DNA of 64,000 nucleotides, from positions 7,318,001 through 7,382,000 of the forward strand of contig CM075988.1 of assembly GCA_038087875.1 (NCBI GenBank), written 5' to 3'. Below, one piece after another: positions 1 through 10,610 of this stretch; the first letter of the stretch is position 1; each line of letters begins with the position of its first letter. A program made the translations under genes and the position numbers. The stretch is from Malacoraja senta (Eukaryota). The notes beneath the pieces were generated by a model. That model worked only from the letters and a program-made list of their open reading frames with translations, did no database searches and was not told where the DNA came from.

Positions 1-1317
1 CATCTGTCTCAAGACCATGGCTAAACAAAGCCATCATGGTCCCAGATGCACTGTTATGTTCTGTGGCTCAAAGTCAACAAATGCAACAAATTCACTTAAA
101 TTCCTGGAGGAATTTGGCAGCAACTTTCACAGATCAGTGCTTTGGCAGGTTCTAACAGAGCATCAACACCTGGTCTGCTGTAAATATTCACTAAATTACA
201 GTTATCGAATGTTATGTTGGATCAACGTGTGGTTATCTGCAGAGGACAGAGTCATTTTTTGTTCCCATTTGTTATATCTGGGATATTGGAAGACAGCAGC
301 ATTGAACTGGAATTTAGAATCTGGAAATCCGTGGAACTTTTCTGCGAGACAGGTAAAATGAACAATGATTTTCCAGGTTTACTAACTCGGTAAAAGAATT
401 GTACTTGATCTAAATTTACTGGATAAGTGATAGCGGTTTAATAGCCATATTGTTATTGGTATGCAGACAAAATGTAGTGAGGGAAACATATCCCATGAGT
501 TGTGATTTGCCACAAGTTGCCAGATGCTTTGCACTGCTCTGGAAAGCAAAAATGCTGGAAACATTTAGCGGACTCAGCAATACCTGTTGAAGGAGAAACT
601 GTTCATATTTCAGGTCGATGGCCATGCAGATGTGCCACTCTGCTGACAATGAAATTGTGAAAATTAGGTTTTTGCAACAACCGTTCCTCAGATAGTCAAG
701 AAATTTGAGCTGCTAAAACAAGTTAAGCTCACTGCATAAAGTTATGGCTAATGTTTAACAATATATGAATTATTTTATAGATTTATACCCCTGCAATGCT
801 ACTTAACTCTGTCACAGAAAAATGAATAGTTGTAAATGTGGACTCTCAGTGGTATAGTTGACAAATTTTACTAGATGTTTTAAATTTATTTTCTTCTGTA
901 ATCCAATTACATCTTCTTTGTGTTATTTCTTGTTATATTATTAGGTTCACTGCAATAATTCTATTTAATTATCTATTGTTCCTCTGTTTCTTTCTCAATT
1001 GTTTTAATGGCTATAAATATATTAGACTGAATTCTACTTTAATTCTCAATGGTCCTGAACCAGAAGTTCTTCCAGAAAACAAAACATCTTGCAAAATATA
1101 TTTCTCCAGCTCTGACATGCTTGATATTTTAAAAATGTATACATTAAAAATATTAACTCTTTAATTACTGAAAAGGTTTCATGGCTTGTAGATTAATTTG
1201 GCAACAAACAAAATGTTATGGCTGCACACAGGTCGTCCTCAAAGTCAGTAGTCCTACCCAGAAGATCAGTGACCATTTGAGTCAAAGGAGCCCCATATAT
1301 GGGAGGATTGGTCCAGT

Positions 1318-2050
1318 CATAGTCATAAAGTCCTACAGCATGGAAACAGGCCCTTCATCCCAACTCATCCATGCTGACCAAGATGCCCCATGTAAGCTAC
1401 TCCCATTTACTTGGGTGGCACGGTGGCACAGCGGTAGAGTTGCTGCCTTGCAGTGCCAGAGACCAAGGTTCGATCCTAACTACGGGTGCTGTCTGTACGG
1501 AGTTTGTACATTCTCCCCGTGACCACGTGGGTTTTCTCTGAGATCTTCGGTTTCCTCCCACACTCCAAAGACATACAGGTATGTAGGTAAATTGGCTTGG
1601 TAAATGTAAAAAAATTGTCCCTAGTGTTTGTAGGATAGTGCTAATATGCGGGGATTGCTAGTCGGCACGGACTCGGTGCGCTGTTTCTCTAAACTAAACC
1701 AAACTAAACTAAACCTGCATTTGGCGTATATTCCTCTAAACTTCTCCTTGTACCTGTCCAAATGTCTTTTAAAGATTGTTATTGCACCTGCCTCAACTAC
1801 CTCCTCTGGCAGCTCGGTCCATATACCCACCCACTGAATTTGTTAATTTGTTGACTTTGAACCACTAAACATAACAGTGTATCTAGGATCATGATGGCTT
1901 TGTTTACGCATGGTCTTGAAATGGTTGCCCCTCAGTTTCCTTTTAAATCTTTCCCCTCTCACCTTAAACCAATGTCCTCTGGTTCTTGATTCCCCTACCC
2001 TGAGTAAACAACCCTGTTCGTTCACCCACTAAATAACCCTCATGATTTTA
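1318..2050 (-). mobile_element. CR1/HER1-type LINE 3' fragment, interrupted by a SINE (1413-1713) and an 85-bp inverted insert (1835-1919)
   Basis: Minus-strand translations 'GESRTRGHWFKVRGERFK' and 'ELPEEVVEAGAITIFKRHLDRY' match the CR1 ORF2 C-terminus; (catagt/cataaagt) tail at the left end. Confidence 0.8.
1413..1713 (+). mobile_element. tRNA-derived SINE (HE1/V-SINE-like)
   Basis: A box TGGCACAGCGG, B box GGTTCGATCC, V-domain-like core 'ggagtttgtacattctccccgtgacc...ggtttcctcccac', (ctaaa)n tail; many similar copies in the window. Confidence 0.9.
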
Positions 2051-2559
2051 TACACTGGTGATCATGAAATCTTCCAAATGAGAATTCTATTTACAAGTTA
2101 AAAAAACATGGATACCGTCAGGAAACCCTGAAATATTAGAAAAGTCAAGCTGGGATCGTGGATGTGGAACGAGGATTGTGGAATGTGGATTCCTTGCAGA
2201 TCAAGAACAAAGAGGACAACAGAGAGTAATCCTACATTGTTGCTGCCCTAAGAGAGTTCTGGCTCAAAGAATAAGATCATCAGAGTATGCTTACATAATA
2301 GATATTTTGTGAAGAATAATATATCATTATGAATAATGTACATCCACTAGTTATTAACTTTGAAAGCTTCCCATCCCCCATACTCTGGCAATAAAAATGT
2401 ATTCCAAGCACTCGCACAGATTTTCAAGACTTTCAGCAGATAGTTGTTTTTTTCCCAGCAAAAATGCCACTTTTATCATGGTTCTTGAAACGCTTAGTCT
2501 CATCCCTCGATGAATAGTGGTGGACAATTAAGCAGCTAATGGGTGGAGGCACTCCAATA

Positions 2560-3570
2560 ACACCCATAAACTCTACATGGCAGGGCCCAGCACGTGAATG
2601 CTAGGAACAAGCCTGAGCATTTGCATCCTAGTTCAGGCAGAAAAGGTAAATGTACAATTATTCCTCGCTATCTCCTGAGATCCCACAATCACAGAATCCA
2701 GTCTTCAGCCAATTTTATTAACTCCATGTGTTATAAAGAAACTGCTGAGAGTACTTAATACAGCAAAGGCTATGAGGCTTGACAAATCCTGGATGTGGTA
2801 CTGAAGAGCAGATTGACCCCACCTGCACATTTGTTTCCTCGACCAATGTGTTGCGGCTACAGTATGTACAATAGGTATCATCTCCAGAGGCACTGGAATC
2901 TTTCACTTGGGCTTCTCCCAAATAGGCTACCCCTATCACTAAGAAAGAAAAGAGCTTTAGACACATGGAAACACCATCACTTGCGTACACGGACCCGGCA
3001 GGCACCGCGGAGCCATGCAAGGACGGACCCGTCCTGCTGAGAACTAGGACGGACCTGGCAGCTGACAACAATGACCTGGTGGTTGCCGAGAACAAAGACC
3101 CAGCGGGCTGCAATGGGCAGCGGCAGCCTGTGGGCCCTGTAGTCTGCATCTTGTAGGGGGAAGCTTGGAAGCCCCGAAAACCGGATAGTTGAGGTGAGAG
3201 CCGTTGGTGACTATGGATACAAGGAGTAGACCCATAGGGGTATTGCCTCCAAGGTAGTATAAATTTGGACTTTGGACCTTTTCTTTGTAAACGGTGTCGA
3301 CTGTGCATTTGTGGGTTGTGCAAAAGAATTTCACTGTGCTGTGCATACATGACAATAAAAAAACATTGAAAACCATTGAACCATTGATTGAACTCCCCTT
3401 CAACTCATGAGCTACCTTGACTTGGAAATATATTATTGTCCCTTCATTGTTGTTGGATCCAAATCCTGGAACTCTTGTGAGATGACCTTCACCTGAAAGA
3501 CATCAGCGATTCAAGAAAGTGATTTATCATTATCTTAAAAAAAAAAACTACTGGTGGGCAATATGTGTAG
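2560..3570 (+). mobile_element. Highly degraded non-LTR retrotransposon remnant (RT-region and 3' end pieces), with a younger insertion inside
   Basis: 2750-2810 resembles the RT-proximal 'KAxGPDxIPxxVLK' motif; 3405-3570 is similar to the 3'-end remnant at 4930-5200. Confidence 0.5.
2985..3403 (+). mobile_element. GC-rich non-autonomous retroposon fragment with Rex/Babar-like 3' tail
   Basis: CpG-rich body ending 'aatttcactgtgctgtgcatacatgacaataaa' plus (ccattgaa)n tail; it splits the older LINE remnant. Confidence 0.55.
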
Positions 3571-4624
3571 CCACGTCTCAAAAAAATAAAATTCTAGTGC
3601 ATCAAGGACTATAAAATGTACTGCCTGTTACAGTGTTGAGAATAGCGGCAGCATATATGTACACCACAGGATCTTACAACTGCAATAAGATAAATTAAAA
3701 ATTTTAAATATTAGTAGAAATAGAGTTGATAAAATACATTACAAGAAACAATAAAAATCGGTGTTCGTTGATGTGTTTGTCCATTAATAGATATACTGGA
3801 ACTTTATTTGACTGTGCTTGAGCCATCTCAGTCCTTCAGATATAACTCCTACTACAGGTATTCAAGGGTTAGCTTCAGGGAAGCCAGCTGGAACTGGTTT
3901 GCATCTCTGAAATGAAAGGCAATAAATGAATGATGACACCATCTGTATGAATATGAGCAGCCTGCAATATATCAGCGAGACTCAATAATATTTTATTCAG
4001 TATACATGTCAATGTGAACCAGAAACATTACAGAGTAATAATGTAAGTGCTAAAACTCCCTCCTAAGCTTTCATCTCATCATCAGGAAACTTCTAAAAAA
4101 AGTATATGTTTTCCCTCTCCTTCTCCCTTTGAGGCTCAAAGGCTTTTTAAGCATTGCGATTCTTTCGCTTTTTACATGAATATTATTTTCACAAATTTGG
4201 AAAGTAAATCACGTTTCTGTTTTATGTGATGTGATTTAGAACTTAGTCCATTATTGTTCCACTTTCAAATTTTAAAGGCTTAATGCTGAGTAGAGCTCAT
4301 ATAGTTGCAAGACCTGAGGTCGCCCGCATCCATAAGGAGTCACAAGAAAGCTATAATTGCCACCCCTACTTTCTTGTTTACCTGCCTTCAAAAAGCAAAA
4401 GCCAGAAATTAAGAAAGAGATAATTGAGGCTTTGTTACATTTTAATAATTATGTCACATGTTAGGTGGCATGCTGCACCTGACTTGCTTAGTTCCTTCAG
4501 CACTTTATTTTCTGCTCAAGATTCCAGCATCAGTACTCTCGTGTTACTTCTTAGTCTGCTTTGTACATTGTTTAGAGGTAAAGTAGCGTGATTTGTCGGA
4601 CATGGATTGGAAAGTTAATCCTAC

Positions 4625-4760
4625 GGGCGGCACAGTGGTGCAGCTGGTAGAGCTGCTGTCCCCCAGCATCAGAGACCCGCGCTTGATCCTCTCCTTGTCT
4701 GTGTGGAGTTTGTGCATCCACCCTGTGACCACGTAGGTTTCCTCCGGATGCTCTGTCTGT
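4625..4760 (+). mobile_element. Truncated HE1/V-SINE-like SINE
   Basis: tRNA-like head 'gggcggcacagtggtgcagctggtagag' and start of the V-domain-like core. Confidence 0.75.
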
Positions 4761-4929
4761 AGATATGTGATGGTTGCCAAGGACTCAAGTCTGCTGCAGG
4801 GTCATGCTGTGTCTCTCATGGCTCTATGACTCTAGTGGAGAATGAGCACCAACAAAGATTAGCTACGTGGTGCAAAACTAAAGATTGTTTTGATCCTCCT
4901 CGATGATAATGCCAGATTCAAACCCATGA

Positions 4930-5200
4930 CTCTTACCGTCAAGAATGAAAAGGTAGCAGTTGCATGGGAGCACCATCACCTGAAGTTTCTTCTACAAGCT
5001 TATACCAGCCTGATTTGGAAATATATTGCTATTCCTTGATCATCGCTGAATCAAGTTTATCATCTAGCTTCTCCATAAAACTGTAGGAGTATCTTCTCCA
5101 CAAGGACTAATACAGTTCAAGGTGGTGGCTCACTCCCATGTTCACAAGGGACATTATAAATGGGCATAAATGCTCGCTGGCCAGCATCATCCAGGTCCAG
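4930..5200 (+). mobile_element. Old non-LTR retrotransposon 3' end remnant
   Basis: Shares 'caccatcac...ttggaaatatatt...ttcaag...tgggca' with 2969-2980 and 3405-3560. Confidence 0.5.
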
Positions 5201-5927
5201 AAAAAATAATAAATAAAATGTTTTAGGTTTGAATCAATTGGTGCAGGCAACATATGCTGCATTTAGATACATTTATGAGAAATTTGCAGTTCAAATGCAG
5301 CCAAAGGGTTACCTAATAAAATAAAATAAAATTGAATTTAAACAAAATTAAAGCTTATTGATGTCAAGCAAATATTTGATCTAATTGAGTGCATTAGCTT
5401 AAAACTGCAGCTGAACAATTTTAAAATATTAATGACTGACTGCAATGTATATATAACAACTTTAAAATTCAGGAACTAGTAATAATGATACTCTTGCGAT
5501 GGATGTAAGTTTTTCGCAATAGAATTAAAGAGTTATCATGACTTTATCTTTTTTCTTATTTAGAAACTAGTGTTTATGGTGAATATTGATATCCTCTCAG
5601 TTCTGGTAACATGTGAATATTTTTCCAGCACTTTCTACTGGGAATTGCACATTATGAGAGCACATCGGGTGGGAAGATGGTGAACATTAATTCAGTGGCT
5701 ATAAACCCAGAATTTAGAAGCCCCCAAAAGTGCTCAGAATTTTAAAGACTAATTGTGGGAGGAAGAAAAGGCAAGGGAAATTGTAAAGGAAAGGGTGGTT
5801 GGGCAGTGATGTTGAAATGTAATGGTGTTGGCATTTAAGGAAGGAGGAAGGAAAGATTAATATGGAGATTCCACAACTAGATGAGCAAATGGCATCCTTT
5901 GTAAGAAGGACTGAAGAGTTCCATATG

Positions 5928-6250
5928 GTGTAGAAAGGAACTGCAGATGCTGGTTTATACCGAAGATAGACACAATGTGCTATAGTAACTCGACAGACCA
6001 GGCAGCATCTCTGGAGAAAAAGGATGGGTGATGTATCAGGCCGGGACCCTTTTTCAGACTGAAAGTAGAGGAAAGGGAACTGCAGGTAAGAAAAGGCCAA
6101 AACAAAGTGGGGCCAGCAACAGAAGACCAAAGGAGGGTGGAGCCCATAATGGCCATTGTTAGCTGGGGAAGAGATGATAATAAAGGGATACAAGGATGTG
6201 AACAGTGGAATTAATAGGATGACTAAGGTGGGGGAGGGGTGAGAACAAGA
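5928..6250 (-). mobile_element. Penelope-like element 3'/terminal-repeat fragment
   Basis: Reverse complement of the repeat that follows the GIY-YIG ORF at 36597-36923 (cagtctgaa...gatgctgcctg...aaaccagcatctgcagttcc). Confidence 0.75.
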
Positions 6251-6254
6251 TAAG

Positions 6255-7340
6255 AAACACTGCAAATAAAGCAAAAAATGCTGTAATTACTCAATAGATC
6301 AGGCAGTGTCTGCGGATGGAGAAACAGAATGATCTCTAATCAGAAAGATGATGATCAAAGATGTGTTCAGTTTCAGGGAAGCATGAGGAGTGGAAAGGAC
6401 AAAGGGAATGCCTGTGTTAGGATGGAGTCCAGAGGAGACTGGATGGCACATGATGGCTGAGAGAGGATAGTGAATGCATGTTAATCACTGTTGTTCTGTC
6501 TGAAAGGGTTATAAATTGAAGGAAATGATCGGAAACTGAAAAAAGAGAGAGAAAGAGAAACAATAAGAGACACATAATGGAACAAATGTGGGAAACCTGA
6601 AATAAGACAGAGAATGCAAGAAATAATTATCAGGCAAGGCAGCATCTGTGGATCACAAAGCAACAAGAGATAATTTTACAAGTTGATGACCTTTATGCAG
6701 TACTTTGATCAGTACTGTCTAGTTCTGATACAAACTGAAATATGATTTCCTGAAATTGCAAAATCTATAATATATTCTTAGTGATGTAAAGAATAAAATA
6801 AGATTGTGAAGCAGCATCTCACCTGTTGATTCAACATACCTCTCAGGACCACACTGAGATCAACAATTTCAGAACACCAGCCGTTTCTGATCATTTCAGA
6901 ACAGGTCAATTCTAATTGAAGGTCATAACTTGTAATGTCATAACTCTTCTTTTCTCCCTCTCCAGACACTGTTGGACCTGCTGAGTATTTTCCGTGATCT
7001 CTATTTTTATTTCAGATTTCTAGCATCTGCAGTGGTTTTTATTTCACCACTTCCAAATTTTATTTTCTCGTTTGCTTACCTCTGTTTCTATTGTCATCTC
7101 ACAAATTCAGATGAGCTGCCGTTAACAAACTTCACTATCCTTCCTCAACCAACAACAATGTCATTCAGTATCTCATGGACTTTTTCCTTTCACTGACATT
7201 CTCTTTCCTGCTTCTACCAATCTCCCGTATCTATAATGTAAGGCATATTTGATTTCTTCTTTCCACTTCTGATTAAAGGTCATTAATCTGAAACATTTTT
7301 TTTCTCTTCACAGATGCTGCCTGTCATATTGAACATTTCC
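6255..7340. mobile_element. Cluster of old Penelope-like terminal-repeat remnants in both orientations
   Basis: Degenerate 'gatgctgcctg...ccagcat' motifs at ~6270(-), ~6630(-), ~6960(+) and ~7310(+). Confidence 0.5.
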
Positions 7341-9090
7341 AGCATCTACTGTTTGGTTTCCTGAGGGACAGCTCAATCTGGCTTGAAAGGAAGAAACAAA
7401 CACAATGAGTGGGCTGGAGATTCAGTTTCATGGAGAGTGCAAAATAAACACAATCTTAGTCATTATAATCTCAGGATTATCATCACATGAGCAATTTGAC
7501 ATAAGGAAAAGTAAATTGCATTTGGTTGAAGAAGTGATGTGGAAAAGAAAAGTTGTTTCTTGGGATGCTTGGTGCTAGTTCTGGGCTAGAAAACTGCTGT
7601 ACCATTTTCACTTTCCCCACCTACTCTATTTGTCAGTAATTTGTGAGGTGTGTCCATGTTCCTGCAGACCCAATACCATCTAATTTTCTTCTGAGGCTTG
7701 CAAGTGATTAGCAACTGAGTGCTCTCGGCAACCTGAAGGAGGAATTCCAAAGATTTACAACCCTTTACATAAAGACATTTTCCATTTGTCTCAGTGTTAA
7801 ATAGCTGACTTAGTCTGAGATTATGTCCCTTGGTTCTCTAGACTGAGGAAATAAATGCTCAGCATCCACCCCATCATTCCCTCTCAGGATCTTTTTGGGG
7901 GAAAGAGGAATTTGTCAATTATTTGCGTCACAATGTGGATGTAGGATGTGAATGGCACGTGGTTCATTGATGCGGGTATCCCAACTTTGGAGTTGATCTT
8001 TTCCAGAGATCATGTCTGGAAGTGGATTAAGACTATGAAATGTTAAGTGGTGGAGAGAGAAGTATTTGCACATTCATACTCATATTGGAGGATAAGGTGA
8101 ATTATTGCATCATCTGATTAAGAAAAGAGCATTCATTAAGATCATGGTCTCTCCACCATTCATTAAGATATGGTTGACCTTCTATCTCAATGCCATTTTC
8201 CAGCTTTATCCGTACATTCTTGAATCCATTAATGGTAAGTAATTTATTGATCAGTTTTTTGAATGAACATGACAACTGAGCCTCCCGGCCCTCTCGGGTA
8301 TGGACTGAATATCTTCAGAGCAATTGAAGGTAAAAGAACTGAGTTATCAGAGGTCTCAATCCATTGATGCTTTGCAAAGCATTTCAAACTGTTGTTATTT
8401 ACTTCCCCTGGGAAATAATCACTGTAGAGGGACTGATCTCATCCCTTGCATGCCTGTAGTTGAAATCTCTTAAGTGACACACTCAGAAATGTCAATTAGC
8501 ATAATTCATCCAGAGAGAAAAAAATATTTCCAGCGCAAAATCTTTTGTTTCCAAAAGGGTTATATGATTGGACTTTTGAGTACTCATGCCCACTGATCCT
8601 TATCTACAGTCCTGGTTTCATTTATCAAAAGTTCTGTTAGATTTGTCAAACACTGGTTTTCCTCCTGAAAACCAATGCTGAATCGTGAGGAATTTCTAAG
8701 TACCATGTTCCTGTATCTTTAATGAACGATTCCAGCCCTTTACTGACAATGAATGACAATCTAACAAGCCTGTAATTCTCATTTTTTAATTACCTTTTTG
8801 CTAAATAGTGACATATTTGCCAGTCTACTGAATGCTGGGGAATCCAAGGAATTTTAATAAATCTTCACTCGTGCATCTGCAAACCCTCCAGCCACTTTGT
8901 TTATAATTTAGGAATGCAAGCCATTGGATTCTGGTGGAATTTTATCTGATTTTAGTCCCCTTAATATCTGCAGTACTTTCTCCTTCGAAAGGTAAATAAC
9001 AAAGTTCTTTACTGTCAGCCTTGATTTCTTCCCCATTTCTTCCATTAGAAGAAATAGCTCCCTCTGTCAACCAAAATGAGATTGGTTATT

Positions 9091-9225
9091 GGTGACACAA
9101 GGAACTACAGATGCTGGAATCTTCAGCAAAACACAAAAAGTGCTGAAGAATCTCAGCCAGCCAGGCAGCAACTGTAGAGGGAATGGACAGGCGATGTTTT
9201 GGGTCGGGGCCCTTCTTCTGACTGC
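9091..9225 (-). mobile_element. Penelope-like terminal-repeat copy
   Basis: 'ggaactacagatgctgg...ggcagca...gttttgggtcggggcccttcttctgactg'. Confidence 0.75.
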
Positions 9226-9348
9226 GTTCAGACTTGTGTTGAGATCAGCAATTCTTTTAAGAGTCTCATGAACTTTCAGAACAGAATCTTAGGGCTGCCA
9301 AATTCTCTTTAATCGTCTGTTATCCTACCCAGGAAAATGACTCTTAAG

Positions 9349-10056
9349 TGTGTCTACTTCATGAGAAATTAGTTCTGGCCACTGGGTTTTTATGGTATTT
9401 GTTGGCAGTTTAATTCAATTCAGCAATTGCTTGCCAAATATAAATGAAACTGGGGAATATTAGAACTGGCACCCTTATAAAGCAAAATAACTTGAAATAT
9501 TTAGTTGGTTTTATATATTTTGTATATAAAAAATATTTTATTTCCAGTCAAATGGAGGGACAATGGCGCAGCGGGTAGAGTTTATGACTTACAGCACCAG
9601 AGACCTGGGTTCGATCCAGATCATGAGTGCTGTATGTGCAGAGTTTATACGTTCTCCATGTGACCGCGAGGATTTTCTCCAGGTGCTCAGGTTTCTCCCA
9701 CATTCCAAAGACATATTGGTTTGTAGGCTTCGGTAAAAATAGTAAATTGTCCCTAGTATGTAGGATAGTGCTAGTGTACGGGGTGATCACTGGTCGGCAA
9801 AGACTCGGTGGACTGAAGGGCCAGTTTTCGTGGTGTATCTCTAAACTAAACTAAAATGTGTCTACTTCATGAGAAATTAGTCCTGGCCACTGAGGTTTTA
9901 TGGTATTTGTTGGCAGTTTAGTCCAACTCAGTAATTGCTTCCCAAATAGAAATTTAACAGGGGATTATTAGTAATGGCACACATAAAGCAAATAACCTGA
10001 AATATTTAGTTGGTATATACATTTAGTAATTTCTATATAAAAAATATATTTTATTT
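9349..10056 (+). repeat. ~195-bp diverged direct repeat (9349-9543 and 9857-10056) flanking a SINE
   Basis: Both copies begin tgtgtctacttcatgagaaattagt(t/c)ctggccactg and stay colinear to 'tataaaaaatat'. Confidence 0.9.
9556..9856 (+). mobile_element. tRNA-derived SINE (HE1/V-SINE-like), full length
   Basis: A and B boxes, V-domain-like core, (ctaaa)n tail. Confidence 0.9.
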
Positions 10057-10139
10057 TATTTTTAAAATAAATTAACATGTCACTAATCCTCCCACTTAAT
10101 GAATATTAATCATTTAGAACGGATGTGGTGGTGTGAGGG

Positions 10140-10610
10140 ATTGAGTGATAGAGGCGCTGGCCAATCGCAGCCTGCACGTGAGGAGGCGGGGCTCGTTGGG
10201 GCCAGGGCGCGGCTCCTGATTGGGTGCACCATGGGCGGCAGTGGGCGGGACGGCGGGTCGCCCCGCCTCCCAAGCTGACACGCCCACTGTCGGCGGGACG
10301 GGGCGGGACGCGCCGCGGGGGGCGGGGGGAACTTCCTCCAATCAGCAGGCGGCGTGCCCTTCCCGCGCGTCGCTGTTGCCGGGTGGGCGGCCAATGGGAG
10401 CGGAGGGGCGGGAAGGAGGGGGCGCGGCCCGGGCGCGCTGACGTCATGGGGATGTATCGATGTGAGCGCGTGGCGGCGCGGCGCCGGTGTCAGTCTGATG
10501 AAGATTGGCATGAAGGTAAGCTGTCATTCACAGGGAGACTGAGGAACCGCGGTGCAACAGTGTATCACGGGGCAGGCAACACAGTGTAACCAGCGGCGCA
10601 CACGGATACA
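10140..10610 (+). promoter_or_regulatory. CpG-island RNA Pol II promoter
   Basis: Abrupt non-repetitive GC/CpG-rich block. CCAAT boxes at 10161, 10219 (ATTGG), 10338 and 10391; E-box CACGTG 10175-10180; several GGGCGG boxes; ETS-like ACTTCC at 10331; perfect CRE TGACGTCA 10439-10446; no TATA box. Confidence 0.9.
10450..10515 (+). other. Probable first exon of an unidentified host gene (start approximate)
   Basis: Directly downstream of the CRE and ends in a consensus donor AAG|GTAAGC (intron starts at 10516). Contains ATGs (ATGAAGATTGGCATGAAG) but coding status is unknown. Confidence 0.65.

Noticed and set aside
17..361. 114-aa ORF or exon ending at acag|gtaaaa
   Set aside because: No recognisable protein in any frame, weak acceptor, and no partner exons nearby.
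1413..1480. tRNA genes at SINE heads
   Set aside because: A and B boxes are present, but there is no complete cloverleaf and each continues into a SINE body.
10161..10180. ER-stress element (CCAAT-N9-CCACG)
   Set aside because: The sequence is CCAAT-N9-CACGTG, which does not match the required spacing and sequence; kept as separate CCAAT and E boxes.
10489..10526. Hammerhead-like CTGATGA in exon 1
   Set aside because: No stem II and GAAG instead of GAAA; better explained as an exon end plus splice donor.
10106..10589. Overlapping ORFs in the CpG island as proteins
   Set aside because: Low-complexity Pro/Arg/Gly/Ala translations on both strands are expected from GC-rich DNA; no recognisable domain.
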